Assembly (NCBI GenBank): GCA_947628135.1
Contig: CANQYT010000010.1
Location: forward strand, 151 to 64,150
Direction of reading: 5' to 3'
Source: an uncultured Clostridia bacterium
GTDB lineage: Bacteria > Bacillota > Clostridia > Christensenellales > CAG-314
Length of the DNA stretch: 64,000 nucleotides
The notes below the pieces were generated by a model. That model searched no databases and had not been told where the DNA came from. It was given only the letters and a program-made list of their open reading frames with translations. The stretch's first letter is position 1. Each line of letters opens with the position of its first letter. A program made the position numbers and the translations under genes. Positions 44,571 through 54,309 of the stretch are shown piece after piece.

Positions 44571-45300
44571 CGCCGCACGTTTGGTCGAAACAATGGGTTT
44601 CAACTAAACTCCGCAAAGTTCGGGCGTGTACCGAATCTTTGCGCCGTCGTCGCACCAATTGTTAGTCAGCACCAAGCACGCATAAGCGTACTCGGTACGG
44701 CTGACACAATGGTGCTCCTCTCCCACACAATTTTCGTAAACTCAAATTGTGTGTGTACCCTATCGAGATTCCGAGGGTAGGGGAGACCCCGGCGAAAGGC
44801 TTTCAACGGTTCGCGCCGTGTAGGCGCACCTCTTAGTCCGACTGCGGCGGCGCGATAGCGCACAGGATAATGTTACTTACTATATAAAATGAAACCGACC
44901 CCGGACGGGAGTGTCGGTTTCATATATTTTACCTATTTAACCGTCGATTGCGCAAGCGTTACGCAGTAGCCAGCAATCGACCGCCGCACGTGTGGTCAAA
45001 AAAAACACAAAGTTTCAATCAAACACCGCAATCACGGACCTGCGCCGAGATTGCGGTCCTCCCCGGGGATGCCGGGGGTAGGGGAGACCCCGGCGAAAGG
45101 TTTATCCGACCGCGCAGGTTTCCTGCGCAACTCCCAAGTCCGACTGCGGCGGCGCGTAAGCGCACAGGATAATGTTACTAAGTATATAAAAAGAAACCGA
45201 CCTCAGCCGAGAGTGTCGGTTTCATATATGTTGTCTATTTAACCGTCGATTGCGCCAGCGTTACGCAGTAGCCAGCAATCGACCGCCGCACGTGTGGTCG
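44571..45300. repeat. two tandem, highly structured repeat units (about 408 and 304 bp) of unknown nature; candidate paralogous sRNAs or a repeated intergenic element
   Basis: CCGCCGCACGT(G/T)TGGTC occurs three times (about 44571, 44979, 45283). Both units share the core GGTAGGGGAGACCCCGGCGAAAGG...AGTCCGACTGCGGCGGCGCG.A.GCGCACAGGATAATGTTACT..., a GAAACCGAC...GTCGGTTTC hairpin, and GTCGATTGCGC.AGCGTTACGCAGTAGCCAGCAATCGAC. Confidence 0.7.
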
Positions 45301-45305
45301 GAGCG

Positions 45306-46397
45306 TTATCCCTTGTGTACCACAACTTGCGGGAAGGGAATGTCTATTCCGTGTGCGTCGAACATATTTTTGACGGCGGCGTTCAGTTCGCGTCCCGCGG
45401 TGAATATATCCGCTTCCTTGCATTGGCAGGTAAATTGCAACGTAACGCCGCTTGCGCCGAGGCTTGCAACTCCGTCGTAGGAGATGTCGGTCGCGTGTTC
45501 CAAAGTGAGTTTCGGGAGGTTCTTTTTGATGATTTTTTCCACTTCGGGCAACTTTGCGCCGTATTCAACGTCTATCAGCGTCTTTGCTACGGACTTGTCG
45601 GTGTCGTGGTTTATCACGCCGCGCAAGTCGCTGTTGTTGATTATCTTGACGTTGCCTGCCGCTTTCAATTTCGTAGTGCGCACGCCTATGGATACTACCT
45701 CGCCGCGGAAGTCGCCTACCGTCACCCAATCGCCCACGTTGAATTCGTTTTCAAACACAATGAACAGTCCCGCGACGATGTCGGCTATCAAAGATTGCAT
45801 ACCGAGACCGACAATCAACGTCAACACTCCCGCTCCCGTGATGAGCGCAGTGGTGTCTACACCGAAGTTGGACAGAACGACGATTATCACTATCACCGCC
45901 GTTACCCAACTTATCAGGCTGCGTATCAGGCTGGATACGGTCACGCCGCGCTGCGTTTTGCCGAACGCCTTGCGGACTATCAACGAAACTATCGTCTCAA
46001 TAATCAATATGATAGTTACCGCCTGTATGCACTTTATCAGTTTCGGCACTATCAAAATCAAGTTGTCCAGAAACAGCGAACCGGTGTTGGGTGTGGCAGT
46101 GGACGGGTCGCCGTCTTGAACTGTACTAGGGTCGAGAAACCAATTTACTTTGGGATCTGTACTGAACAAATTTGCGTAAAATACGTAACTGAGTACTGTG
46201 ATAACTATCATCACGCCCAGCACTATCAACTTTACGGGGCTGATCGCTTTCATTTTTCTTGTCAGCGTCTCTTTGACGCCCACCTTTTCTTTTTGCTTTG
46301 CCATATATTTCCTCCTTTGAGCATAGCAAGATTGTACACCTCCGTAAATATTTTTGCAACTGATTTTACAAGGTTTTTGAAAACGTAAAACGCACAA
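45306..46397 (-). CDS. MscS-family mechanosensitive channel
   Basis: TM region followed by GDWVTVGDFRGEVVSIGVRTTKLKAAGNVKIINNSDL, the typical MscS beta-domain. Confidence 0.9.
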   Translation of the reverse strand: MCVLRFQKPCKISCKNIYGGVQSCYAQRRKYMAKQKEKVGVKETLTRKMKAISPVKLIVLGVMIVITVLSYVFYANLFSTDPKVNWFLDPSTVQDGDPSTATPNTGSLFLDNLILIVPKLIKCIQAVTIILIIETIVSLIVRKAFGKTQRGVTVSSLIRSLISWVTAVIVIIVVLSNFGVDTTALITGAGVLTLIVGLGMQSLIADIVAGLFIVFENEFNVGDWVTVGDFRGEVVSIGVRTTKLKAAGNVKIINNSDLRGVINHDTDKSVAKTLIDVEYGAKLPEVEKIIKKNLPKLTLEHATDISYDGVASLGASGVTLQFTCQCKEADIFTAGRELNAAVKNMFDAHGIDIPFPQVVVHKG

Positions 46398-46540
46398 AAC
46401 GTCTTATGGGGTGGCGATTTTCGAAACAAGTTGTTTTGCGAAAGCGCGGCGCGCCGCAATTACGTACGGCAAAAGGCGCGTATAAGAAAGTTTTGCTTGC
46501 CATATTTTGCCAAATATAGTAAAATATTTCGGGTATAAAG

Positions 46541-48610
46541 ATGAAAAAGAGTGTGTTTTTGCTGTTATCCGTAATTGTACTTGCAGCCGTTGCGGCGTGC
46601 TGTGCGAACCTTTCGCACGGCGACGTTGCTTTTGCCGCGGCGGAGGACTCCGATTATGTTTATTCTTTCCAAGCAAACGGACGCACGCTCAAAGTTTCAA
46701 ACATAACGGCGCAAGGTAACTACGTGGGAGTTCGTTTCGGCGGAAGCGACTATTTCGGCGACAGCGAGATACCCGTTTCCGTGGAGATATATTCCTGCGA
46801 CGCACTGCGTCTGGACTTTCCCATCAACGGCAAGGCGCTCAATTCCGAGCAGATAGCCACCCGCGACGAACTTGTGGAATTGCTTACGGAAATAGATCGC
46901 TACGTCAACTACATCGACGCTCTTGCCAACGTAAGTTACGGCGAGGACGGCGAGACGGCGTCCGACGTATATCGCTACAACCACGCGGAAGAGTACGGCG
47001 AACAAACGGGCGATCACGCTTACCGTCTGGAAATTTCCCAAGATACCTACGAAATGCTCGCCATTGCGCAGGAAATGTACACAGCCACCGACGGAGCGTT
47101 CAACCCCGCGGTGTACCGCCTTGTGGATCTGTGGGGCTTTTCGTCGCGTATATATTCGCGCGGAGACATAGGCGGACAACCGTACGACCGCACGACCACG
47201 CCTAACGGCAGGGAAGTTACTTACGAGGTGTTTTTTGGCAGCGGCAGCGACGACGGCTATCCGCTGCCCGACGAAAAGTATATAAAGGCGTTTTCCGAAG
47301 CGGCGTTTACGGACTTTTCCTCCGAAACGGGCGCGGTCGTTCTTTCCGAATCGGACGGCAAGTACTACGTAACCAAGAACGTCCCCTGCGCCGTTGTGGA
47401 CGGCGAAAGTTTTTCGCAGTGGATAGACCTCGGCGGCATTGCCAAAGGTTACGTCGCTGACGGTATACGCAATATGATAGCGGCAAAGGGCGCGGATCGC
47501 TACTACGTAGATATAGGTTTGAGCAGCAAATCCGTCGGCAAGGAATACGACGGCGGAAAAACGGCGATGGCAGTGCAGGACGCTTTTTCTTTCTTGTACA
47601 ACCTGTTGGAAGTGCAGTTGGACGAATGCACCGTATCCACGAGCGGACAGTACGTGCGCCAATACATGGTAAACGGTATCAGTTACGCGCATATACTTGA
47701 CGGAGCAAAGGGCGCGCCCGCGCAAACGGGCGTAAGGGCGGTTACCGTGGTGACCCCGAAAGAGGGCTTTTGGGCGGCAAGGGGCGACTGTCTTACTACC
47801 GCGCTCACCGTTATGGGTAAGGATGGGATAGTCGATTTCGTCAACGGCTATCTCAAAGACAACGGCATAAAGGTGATAGTGCAGTACGAATCGTTGGACG
47901 GCAGCAAACAACTGCTGACCAACTATTCGCGCGAGGAAGTGACGTCTTTGTACGACAAGGAATTCGACTCCTTCGCTTGGGCGCTCAAAACGGACGAAAA
48001 CGGCGTGTACTACTACGACGGCGGCGCGTATTCTTCCGATGTCGACGCATACAAAACCGTCACGATAGTGCTGGGCTGTATTTTGGGCGTTGCGGTGGTT
48101 GCGCTTGCGGTATACAACATAGTAAAAGGCCGCAAAAACACGCTTACGAAAGTTCGTCAGGCAAAGAAGGACAAACCTTTCAAAATTTGCGATCTGATAG
48201 TTTACGCCGGGGTCGTGTTGGTGATATTGGCGCTGTTCGGCGCGTTTGTGTTGGATACAGACGACGCGCCTATGCAGGCGGTTACCGTGGTGGACGAGCA
48301 AACGGGCGAAACGCTGTTTGTGTGCAATCTCGCCCGCAGAGAATACACCGTCAACGTTGACAACTCCAACGGTTGGACGGTGTCCGTCACGCAAATTTCC
48401 GACGGGATAACCGTTCGGCTTGTCAGGGAAATAAACGGCGAAGAGCATTTCAATGAACTCACCGTTATGTACGGCAGTGCGCCCAACGTAAAGATGACCG
48501 ATTCCAAATGCGGCGTTCATCGCGACTGCGTACGCAACTTCCCCGCAATTACGCGTTCGGGCGGCGCGATAGTGTGCAGTCCCAACGGCTTGAAGGTGGT
48601 GACGTTATGA
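46541..48610 (+). CDS. apbE: ApbE-family FAD:protein FMN transferase fused to two TM helices and a C-terminal NusG_II (DUF1312)-like domain
   Basis: Signal/lipoprotein-like N-terminus. ApbE-type motifs FNPAV, DLGGIAKGY, VSTSG, HILD. The C-terminus ...DSKCGVHRDCVRNFPAITRSGGAIVCSPNGLKVV resembles NusG domain II proteins. Confidence 0.8.
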   Translation: MKKSVFLLLSVIVLAAVAACCANLSHGDVAFAAAEDSDYVYSFQANGRTLKVSNITAQGNYVGVRFGGSDYFGDSEIPVSVEIYSCDALRLDFPINGKALNSEQIATRDELVELLTEIDRYVNYIDALANVSYGEDGETASDVYRYNHAEEYGEQTGDHAYRLEISQDTYEMLAIAQEMYTATDGAFNPAVYRLVDLWGFSSRIYSRGDIGGQPYDRTTTPNGREVTYEVFFGSGSDDGYPLPDEKYIKAFSEAAFTDFSSETGAVVLSESDGKYYVTKNVPCAVVDGESFSQWIDLGGIAKGYVADGIRNMIAAKGADRYYVDIGLSSKSVGKEYDGGKTAMAVQDAFSFLYNLLEVQLDECTVSTSGQYVRQYMVNGISYAHILDGAKGAPAQTGVRAVTVVTPKEGFWAARGDCLTTALTVMGKDGIVDFVNGYLKDNGIKVIVQYESLDGSKQLLTNYSREEVTSLYDKEFDSFAWALKTDENGVYYYDGGAYSSDVDAYKTVTIVLGCILGVAVVALAVYNIVKGRKNTLTKVRQAKKDKPFKICDLIVYAGVVLVILALFGAFVLDTDDAPMQAVTVVDEQTGETLFVCNLARREYTVNVDNSNGWTVSVTQISDGITVRLVREINGEEHFNELTVMYGSAPNVKMTDSKCGVHRDCVRNFPAITRSGGAIVCSPNGLKVVTL

Positions 48611-49275
48611 AGCGCAACGGAAAGTTTTTCTCCGCTCGCCGCCTTGCGGTGCTTGCGGTGCTGACGGCGATGGGGCTGATTATGTTCGTGGTGGAAAGCC
48701 TGTTTCCGCCGCTGTTCCTGCCCGGCGCAAAGATGGGATTGAGCAACATTTTTTCGCTGCTTGCGCTGTTTGTGCTCGGACCGACGGAAGCGTTTGTGTC
48801 GGTGATAGTCAGGACGACTTTGGGCAGCGTGTTTACGGGAAATATCTCCACGCTGATGTACAGTATGACGGCGGGGCTTACTGCGGTGGCGGTGTCGTCG
48901 GTGTTGGTGGAATTTGTCTATCCGCGCGTGAGTATCGTGGCTGTATCGGTAGTTGCGGCGGTAATGCACAACGTGGCGCAGAACGTGGTGTTCTGCCTCG
49001 TAAGCAACACTCCCGAAATGTTTGCGTATATGCCTTGGCTTGCCTTGGTGGGGGTGCTTGCGGGGATAATCGTTGGCTTTGCGGTGTGGTTTATTCTGCG
49101 CGCCGTTCCGACGAGGGTATTTCTGGACGTAGCCGATTTCGGCGACAGGGACAACGCTCCCGCTCCTCACCAAGAAGTTGACGGCGAGGGTGCGGACGGC
49201 GAAACGACCGCTTGCGCCCTCCCCGACGAAAGCGACGACGGCGCAGGCAATCCCGACAGACCCGACGGCAAGTAA
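48607..49275 (+). CDS. Gx transporter family (heptaprenyl diphosphate synthase component I-like) membrane protein
   Basis: ATGA overlap with apbE. LAVLAVLTAMGLIMFVVESLFPPLFLPGAKMGLSNIFSLLALF is typical of PF07456 proteins. Confidence 0.78.
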   Translation: MKRNGKFFSARRLAVLAVLTAMGLIMFVVESLFPPLFLPGAKMGLSNIFSLLALFVLGPTEAFVSVIVRTTLGSVFTGNISTLMYSMTAGLTAVAVSSVLVEFVYPRVSIVAVSVVAAVMHNVAQNVVFCLVSNTPEMFAYMPWLALVGVLAGIIVGFAVWFILRAVPTRVFLDVADFGDRDNAPAPHQEVDGEGADGETTACALPDESDDGAGNPDRPDGK

Positions 49276-49333
49276 CAAATTGTTCCGATTACGTTTGCTC
49301 AAACAAACGATATTGTTTCAAATGGACGGTAAA

Positions 49334-50149
49334 ATGAAAAACATACTTATATTCAACGATATTTCCGGTTTGGGCAATTGCTCTTTGGCAGCCAATCTGC
49401 CGATATTGTCCGTGTTGGGACACTATGCAATGCCCATTGTTACGGGTCATTACAGTTGCCAAACGGGATTCGACGGATTCCGTTTCCATCGCAACGGCGA
49501 CGCGGCGCAGTTTGCGCAAACGCTTGTCTCCTACCGCAAGCCGGACGCCGTTTACGTGGGTTTCGGCAACGATTCGGACATATTGCGCAGTATTACGGAA
49601 TTTGTCGAAAAGTCTTTCGGCGAAACGTTTGTGATGGTAGACCCCGTAATGGGCGACAACGGAAAACTGTATCCCGTTTTCGACGGCGAATACGCGCAGG
49701 TTATGCGCCGACTCGTCCGTCTTGCCGATTGCATCACGCCCAATCTTACCGAGGCGTGCCTGCTTTCGGGGGTGGATTACGACAGACTTGTCTCTCATAA
49801 AGAGGAGGCGGGATATCTTGCGCAAGTGGGCGGCGCGTTTGAAAATTTTCTCGCGCAAACGGGCGCAAAGAGCGCAGTCATCACGGGAGTGGAGTGCGGC
49901 AAGTTGATAGGCAACGTCGTACTGGACGGCACAAGGACGCGCTACGTGACAAACGACAGAGTAAACGTAACGTACAGCGGCACGGGAGACGTGTTCAGCA
50001 GCGTGCTTTGCGGCGAAATACTCAACGGAGTAAGTTTGTTTGCCGCAACGCAGGCGGCGGCTTGTTTCGTGGAGAAAGCGGCGCGCGCGACGGAGTGCGA
50101 GGACAGACGTTTCGGTATAGAATTCGGGCGCGTTCTCAATCTTTTGTAA
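49334..50149 (+). CDS. pyridoxal/pyridoxamine kinase-like (ribokinase superfamily)
   Basis: ISGLGNCSLAANLPILS, VDPVMGDNGKLY, ITPNLTEA, YSGTGDVFSS. The start is uncertain (49322 or 49334). Confidence 0.78.
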   Translation: MKNILIFNDISGLGNCSLAANLPILSVLGHYAMPIVTGHYSCQTGFDGFRFHRNGDAAQFAQTLVSYRKPDAVYVGFGNDSDILRSITEFVEKSFGETFVMVDPVMGDNGKLYPVFDGEYAQVMRRLVRLADCITPNLTEACLLSGVDYDRLVSHKEEAGYLAQVGGAFENFLAQTGAKSAVITGVECGKLIGNVVLDGTRTRYVTNDRVNVTYSGTGDVFSSVLCGEILNGVSLFAATQAAACFVEKAARATECEDRRFGIEFGRVLNLL

Positions 50150-50161
50150 AATAGCGGAAAA

Positions 50162-50208
50162 ACACCCCGTATACGCTGAAAAAACGTATACGGGGTGTGT
50201 TTTTTTTT
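50162..50208. terminator. strong bidirectional intrinsic terminator
   Basis: ACACCCCGTATACG-ctgaaaaaa-CGTATACGGGGTGT followed by a T-run. Lies between convergent genes. Confidence 0.88.
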
Positions 50209-50223
50209 GACTTTTTCGGAAAA

Positions 50224-51945
50224 TCAGTCCTCTCCGAGCATTTCCAACTTGTCTTTCGGGGGTACGGGTTTGCTGTCTCCGTATTTCACAAACAGCATCG
50301 TGACGAAGGACGCCGCCACGAACAGCGCGCCGTACGGAAACAGTATCGACATTGTGCCCGCCGCGTCCATAAGCGCGCCGCTGAGTATCGGCGTAACGAC
50401 CTGCGCCGCCATCGAAGCGGTGTAGTAGAAACCCGTGTATTTGCCTATGTCGCTGCCTTTGGACAGTTCCACGACCATCGGGAAACTGTTTACGTTTATC
50501 GTTGCCCAACCGATACCCGCAAGCGCAAACAGTATCCACAACAGCCAAGCGGGCGAGGACGCGTTGACGAATATCGCGCCGAAAAACGCCGCCGTCAACA
50601 GCGCTATGCCGCCGAGAATACACTTTTTGCGACCGATCTTGCTTGCGAGCATACCTACGGGCACGTACGCCACGATAGCCGCGCCTTGCGCTATCATCAG
50701 CGTGGTGTTGTAGTCCATATTGAGTACGTTGAGCGCGTACACGCTGTATTTGCTTGTGATGGCGTTGTAGCCCGTAAACCACAGCGCGACGGACGCGAGT
50801 ATCAGTATCAGCGAGCGCAATTTGTCTTTGGGCAGTTTGTCTTTTTTGTCGGTGTTTTCCTCTTGCGCGTCGTCGCCGTCCAATGCCGTTTGAGCCTCCA
50901 ACATTTCTTTGTTCCAGCGTTTTTCCTTTACGGTAAACATAAATACGATGAGCGCCGCAAGTATTATGCCGCATACGGCGACGACAAACCAAGTGTAACT
51001 CATCAGTTGATTTTTCACCGCGCCCGTGCCGAACAGCATACCCAACACAAGCACCAGCAAGCCTCCCGCCGTACCCATAAGATTTATTACGGCGTTTGCT
51101 TTGCTTCGCAGCGGCTTCACCGTGACGTCGGGCATAAGCGCCACCGCCGGACTGCGGAAGGTGGCCATCGCCACGAGAGTCGCCAACAGCACCGCGATGA
51201 AAACAAGCAGTATCCACCAATTCGATTTCGTGACTTGTTTTGCAAATTGCGCTTCCGCGTCGGAGACGAGGGAAGAATAGGCGTTGGTGGTGCGTTCGGC
51301 GACCTCTTCGTTGCTGTCTGCGTAGAGTGTTTTGCCGTCAGCCGTCTTGCACAGTCGGTAGCGTTCCTCCGTTTTTACTCCGTTTTGTTCCGTAGGTTTT
51401 GTGTAAACGTACAAGGAATCGTAGTTCAATTCATTTTTGTACCAATCGGCAAGTTCCCGCTGTTGTTCGGGCGAAAGGTCGTCGAAGTTGACGTTTTCGC
51501 CGAAATATACCCTTGCGGCGTAGTCGCGCACGGTGTATTTTTCCGCAACGGAATTGTTGGTTATGTTGTGGTATTCGCGGTTTTCCACTTCGTAGTTTTC
51601 CGTCCAATACGTTTCTTTCGTGCCGGCGGAAATTTTGTTCAGTTGCGCGTTGTCTGCAAACGTCAGCCCGACGAAACAGATTATCGCGGCTATCGCCCCC
51701 GCAACTATGAACGGCGTGCGTTTGCCGAAGCGCGTGTCCTTTTTGTCGGAAAGCGCGCCGAACAGCGGCAGCATAAACAGCGCCAGCACGTTGTCCAGCG
51801 ACATTATCACGCCCGACCAAGTCTGATCCAATCCGAACTTGTTGGTGAGCATAAGAGGAATTATCGTGTCGTATGCCTGCCAGAATGCCGATATGAGAAA
51901 AAACGCAAAGCCGACGAGTATCGTCCTTTTGTAATTCAGTTTCAT
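50224..51945 (-). CDS. MFS transporter with a large (about 150 aa) soluble insertion between the TM bundles
   Basis: 12-TM-like hydrophobic pattern. LPLFGALSDKKDTRFGKRTPF is an MFS loop 2-3 motif. Confidence 0.85.
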   Translation of the reverse strand: MKLNYKRTILVGFAFFLISAFWQAYDTIIPLMLTNKFGLDQTWSGVIMSLDNVLALFMLPLFGALSDKKDTRFGKRTPFIVAGAIAAIICFVGLTFADNAQLNKISAGTKETYWTENYEVENREYHNITNNSVAEKYTVRDYAARVYFGENVNFDDLSPEQQRELADWYKNELNYDSLYVYTKPTEQNGVKTEERYRLCKTADGKTLYADSNEEVAERTTNAYSSLVSDAEAQFAKQVTKSNWWILLVFIAVLLATLVAMATFRSPAVALMPDVTVKPLRSKANAVINLMGTAGGLLVLVLGMLFGTGAVKNQLMSYTWFVVAVCGIILAALIVFMFTVKEKRWNKEMLEAQTALDGDDAQEENTDKKDKLPKDKLRSLILILASVALWFTGYNAITSKYSVYALNVLNMDYNTTLMIAQGAAIVAYVPVGMLASKIGRKKCILGGIALLTAAFFGAIFVNASSPAWLLWILFALAGIGWATINVNSFPMVVELSKGSDIGKYTGFYYTASMAAQVVTPILSGALMDAAGTMSILFPYGALFVAASFVTMLFVKYGDSKPVPPKDKLEMLGED

Positions 51946-52244
51946 CTGCTACCTTCCCGTGAGTTTTTCCGTGTTCCGTCGGAATTTTCGCCGAATAGGA
52001 TACGTTTGCGGCGGTGTTTGCGGCGCGGCGATCCCTATCCTTGCGGAAAACGGTCCTTTTCAATTACTACAATTATAGCGGAAAATCTTCCGTTTGTAAA
52101 TACCGTATGATAGTTGCCGTGAGCGACGGAGTGCGCTCGACAAAATTTTTCAAAGATTGCCTGCGGTTGCGCCGACAGTTTGCCGTAACGGGCGTTTTCC
52201 CGTCATACAATGTTAGCGTAAAACTTTGTTGCGGAGGCATATTT

Positions 52245-53363
52245 GTGACAAAACGTAAAAAAAAGACGCGTTCGGAAAAAACGGAGGAGACTTCGGGGCG
52301 CAAACGTATAATAAAGGTCGTCCTGCCCGCCGTGCTTGTGTTGGCGTTTGCCGTCGGCGCGCTGTTGTGGGCGTTGCCCAATCTTCCCGTACGTCCGCAG
52401 ACGCAAAGCGGCGCAACCTATAAGGGCGTGTTGGAGTTGTGGAATGTAGAGTGTTTTGAGGGCGGAGTGGGCAGCCGCGAAAGTTGGCTCAAAGGACGCG
52501 CCGCCAAGTTCGAAAAACTGCACGAGGGATTGTTTGTACACGTGAACACCTTTACAGTTGAACAATTGCAGTCCAAACTGTCGGCGGGAGATAGTTTCGA
52601 TTTGATATGTTTTTCCCGCGGAGCGGGTTGTCTTGTGCAGGACAGGCTTGCCGCTTGCGACGTCGACGTGGGCGCGGTAAAGACGGGCTTTGCTCTTTCG
52701 GGGCAGATAAACGGCAAACAGTACGCTGTCCCGCTGTTTACGGGCGCGTATTGCCTGTTTGCCCGCGCGGAAATGCTCTCCGCCGACAAACTCGTAAGCG
52801 AGGCGCTCAGCCGCACCTACACGAGGACGGCGGGCAAGTCCTCCGTGACGCTTGCGCCCCTCGTTTGCGGTTTTACGCCCTACAACAGTCCGCTTTCCGC
52901 ATTGGCTATGTCGGGAGGACGGGGAAAAGCCGACGTTTCCGACCAAGTGACGCAGTACGAAGCGTACGAAAAGTTCGTTGCAAACCGCACCGCGGTGACG
53001 TTGCTCGGCACGCAGCGGGATATGTATCGGCTTTCGCAAAAGGAGTCGAACGGGCGTATAGAACAGTTGGCGTTTGCGCCCCTTAATGGGTACACCGATC
53101 TGGTGCAGTATCTCGGTATCTGCGCGCAATCGGACAATACTGAGGCTTGCGAGGATTTCGCGCGCTATCTGCTGAGCGAACAATGTCAGTCGTCGTTGGT
53201 AAATCTTTATATGTTTTCGGTGCTTGAACAAAAGTTTTACACTGCGGAAAGATATTCTCAATGCGAAGAGGCTTTGTCGCTTGCGTACGTACCCAACGTA
53301 TTCGGCGACGGCGACGCCGTAGCCCGTCAGCGGCAAGTGGCGTTGGAAACGCTTTCGGTGTGA
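52245..53363 (+). CDS. membrane-anchored hypothetical protein, solute-binding-protein-like
   Basis: GTG start with a GGAGG RBS. TM segment VVLPAVLVLAFAVGALLWAL. The rest resembles the periplasmic-binding fold only loosely. Confidence 0.6.
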   Translation: MTKRKKKTRSEKTEETSGRKRIIKVVLPAVLVLAFAVGALLWALPNLPVRPQTQSGATYKGVLELWNVECFEGGVGSRESWLKGRAAKFEKLHEGLFVHVNTFTVEQLQSKLSAGDSFDLICFSRGAGCLVQDRLAACDVDVGAVKTGFALSGQINGKQYAVPLFTGAYCLFARAEMLSADKLVSEALSRTYTRTAGKSSVTLAPLVCGFTPYNSPLSALAMSGGRGKADVSDQVTQYEAYEKFVANRTAVTLLGTQRDMYRLSQKESNGRIEQLAFAPLNGYTDLVQYLGICAQSDNTEACEDFARYLLSEQCQSSLVNLYMFSVLEQKFYTAERYSQCEEALSLAYVPNVFGDGDAVARQRQVALETLSV

Positions 53364-53364
53364 T

Positions 53365-54309
53365 ATGGATAGCGCAGTATTGGACAAGTTGCTGTCCCGA
53401 ATGAAAAAAATCCGCGTCGAAGCGCGTCTCGACGCGAGTTTCGACAAATTGACCACCATAGGCACGGGCGGAAAGATATGCGTGGCGCTTTTTCCCGACG
53501 CGCTGCCCAAACTTGTAAAAACGCTTCGATTTCTGCGCCGATCTCGGGTAAACTTCGTTGTGTTGGGCAGGGGCAGCAACGTGCTTGCCTCCGACGGTTT
53601 TTTCGACGGCGCGGCGGTGGTGACTACGCGCGTAAACAATTTTTCCGTGAGGGGACGGTACGTCGTTGCGCAATGCGGAGCGTCTGCCGCGGCTTTGTCC
53701 CGCGCGCTTGCGGACAGAGGACTGACGGGAGGAGAGTTTCTGTCCTGTCTGCCCGCGACGGTGGGCGGCGCGGCGGTGGGCAACGCAGGCTGTTTCGATC
53801 AATGTATGAAAGACGTCGTCGTTTCCGTTGTCGCAATGCAAAAGGGCAAAGTGCGCCGCGTCTCGGCAAAAAATTGTCAGTTTGCCTTTCGCGGCAGCGC
53901 GTTCAAGCAAAGCGGCGACGTCGTACTCTCCGTCAAGATGCGTTTCCAACCCTCCTCTCCCGACAAAGTGCGCGAAACGGTAGCGCGTATGCGGGAGAAA
54001 AAGGCTTCGACTCAGCCGCTTAACGCCCGTTCGGCTGGGTGCGTGCTTTTTCACGAAAACGTCGCGCTGTCGCGGCTGATAGACGAAATGGGTTTCAAGG
54101 GCTACCGCATCGGCGGCGCGCAAGTATCGGAAAAACACGCGGGCTTCGTCGTAAACATTGACAAATCCACCTCTTTGGATATATACTTAATAATACAGCG
54201 ATTGAAAGCCGCGCTCTGGGAGCGTTACGGTATACGCGCCCGCACGGAAGTACGGCTGATAAACTTTGCAGAGGACGAATATGACTTTTTCTCAAAGCGT
54301 AAAGAATGA
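53365..54309 (+). CDS. murB: UDP-N-acetylenolpyruvoylglucosamine reductase
   Basis: TTIGTGG, LGRGSNVL, GNAGCF, SAGCVF, and GGAQVSEKHAGFVVN motifs. Confidence 0.92.
   Translation: MDSAVLDKLLSRMKKIRVEARLDASFDKLTTIGTGGKICVALFPDALPKLVKTLRFLRRSRVNFVVLGRGSNVLASDGFFDGAAVVTTRVNNFSVRGRYVVAQCGASAAALSRALADRGLTGGEFLSCLPATVGGAAVGNAGCFDQCMKDVVVSVVAMQKGKVRRVSAKNCQFAFRGSAFKQSGDVVLSVKMRFQPSSPDKVRETVARMREKKASTQPLNARSAGCVLFHENVALSRLIDEMGFKGYRIGGAQVSEKHAGFVVNIDKSTSLDIYLIIQRLKAALWERYGIRARTEVRLINFAEDEYDFFSKRKE

Noticed and set aside
44571-45300. Possibility that the repeated CCGCCGCACGTGTGGTC-bounded units are a CRISPR array
   Set aside because: There are only three boundary copies. The spacers are 250-350 bp and are themselves homologous to each other. 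No cas genes are nearby. This is not CRISPR architecture.
45294-52110. Long opposite-strand or alternative-frame ORFs (45294-46388 +, 46697-48520 -, 48517-49302 -, 49289-51220 -, 50197-52110 +)
   Set aside because: Each overlaps a gene with clear family signatures on the other strand (MscS, ApbE, Gx transporter, pyridoxal kinase, MFS). They are treated as shadow ORFs.
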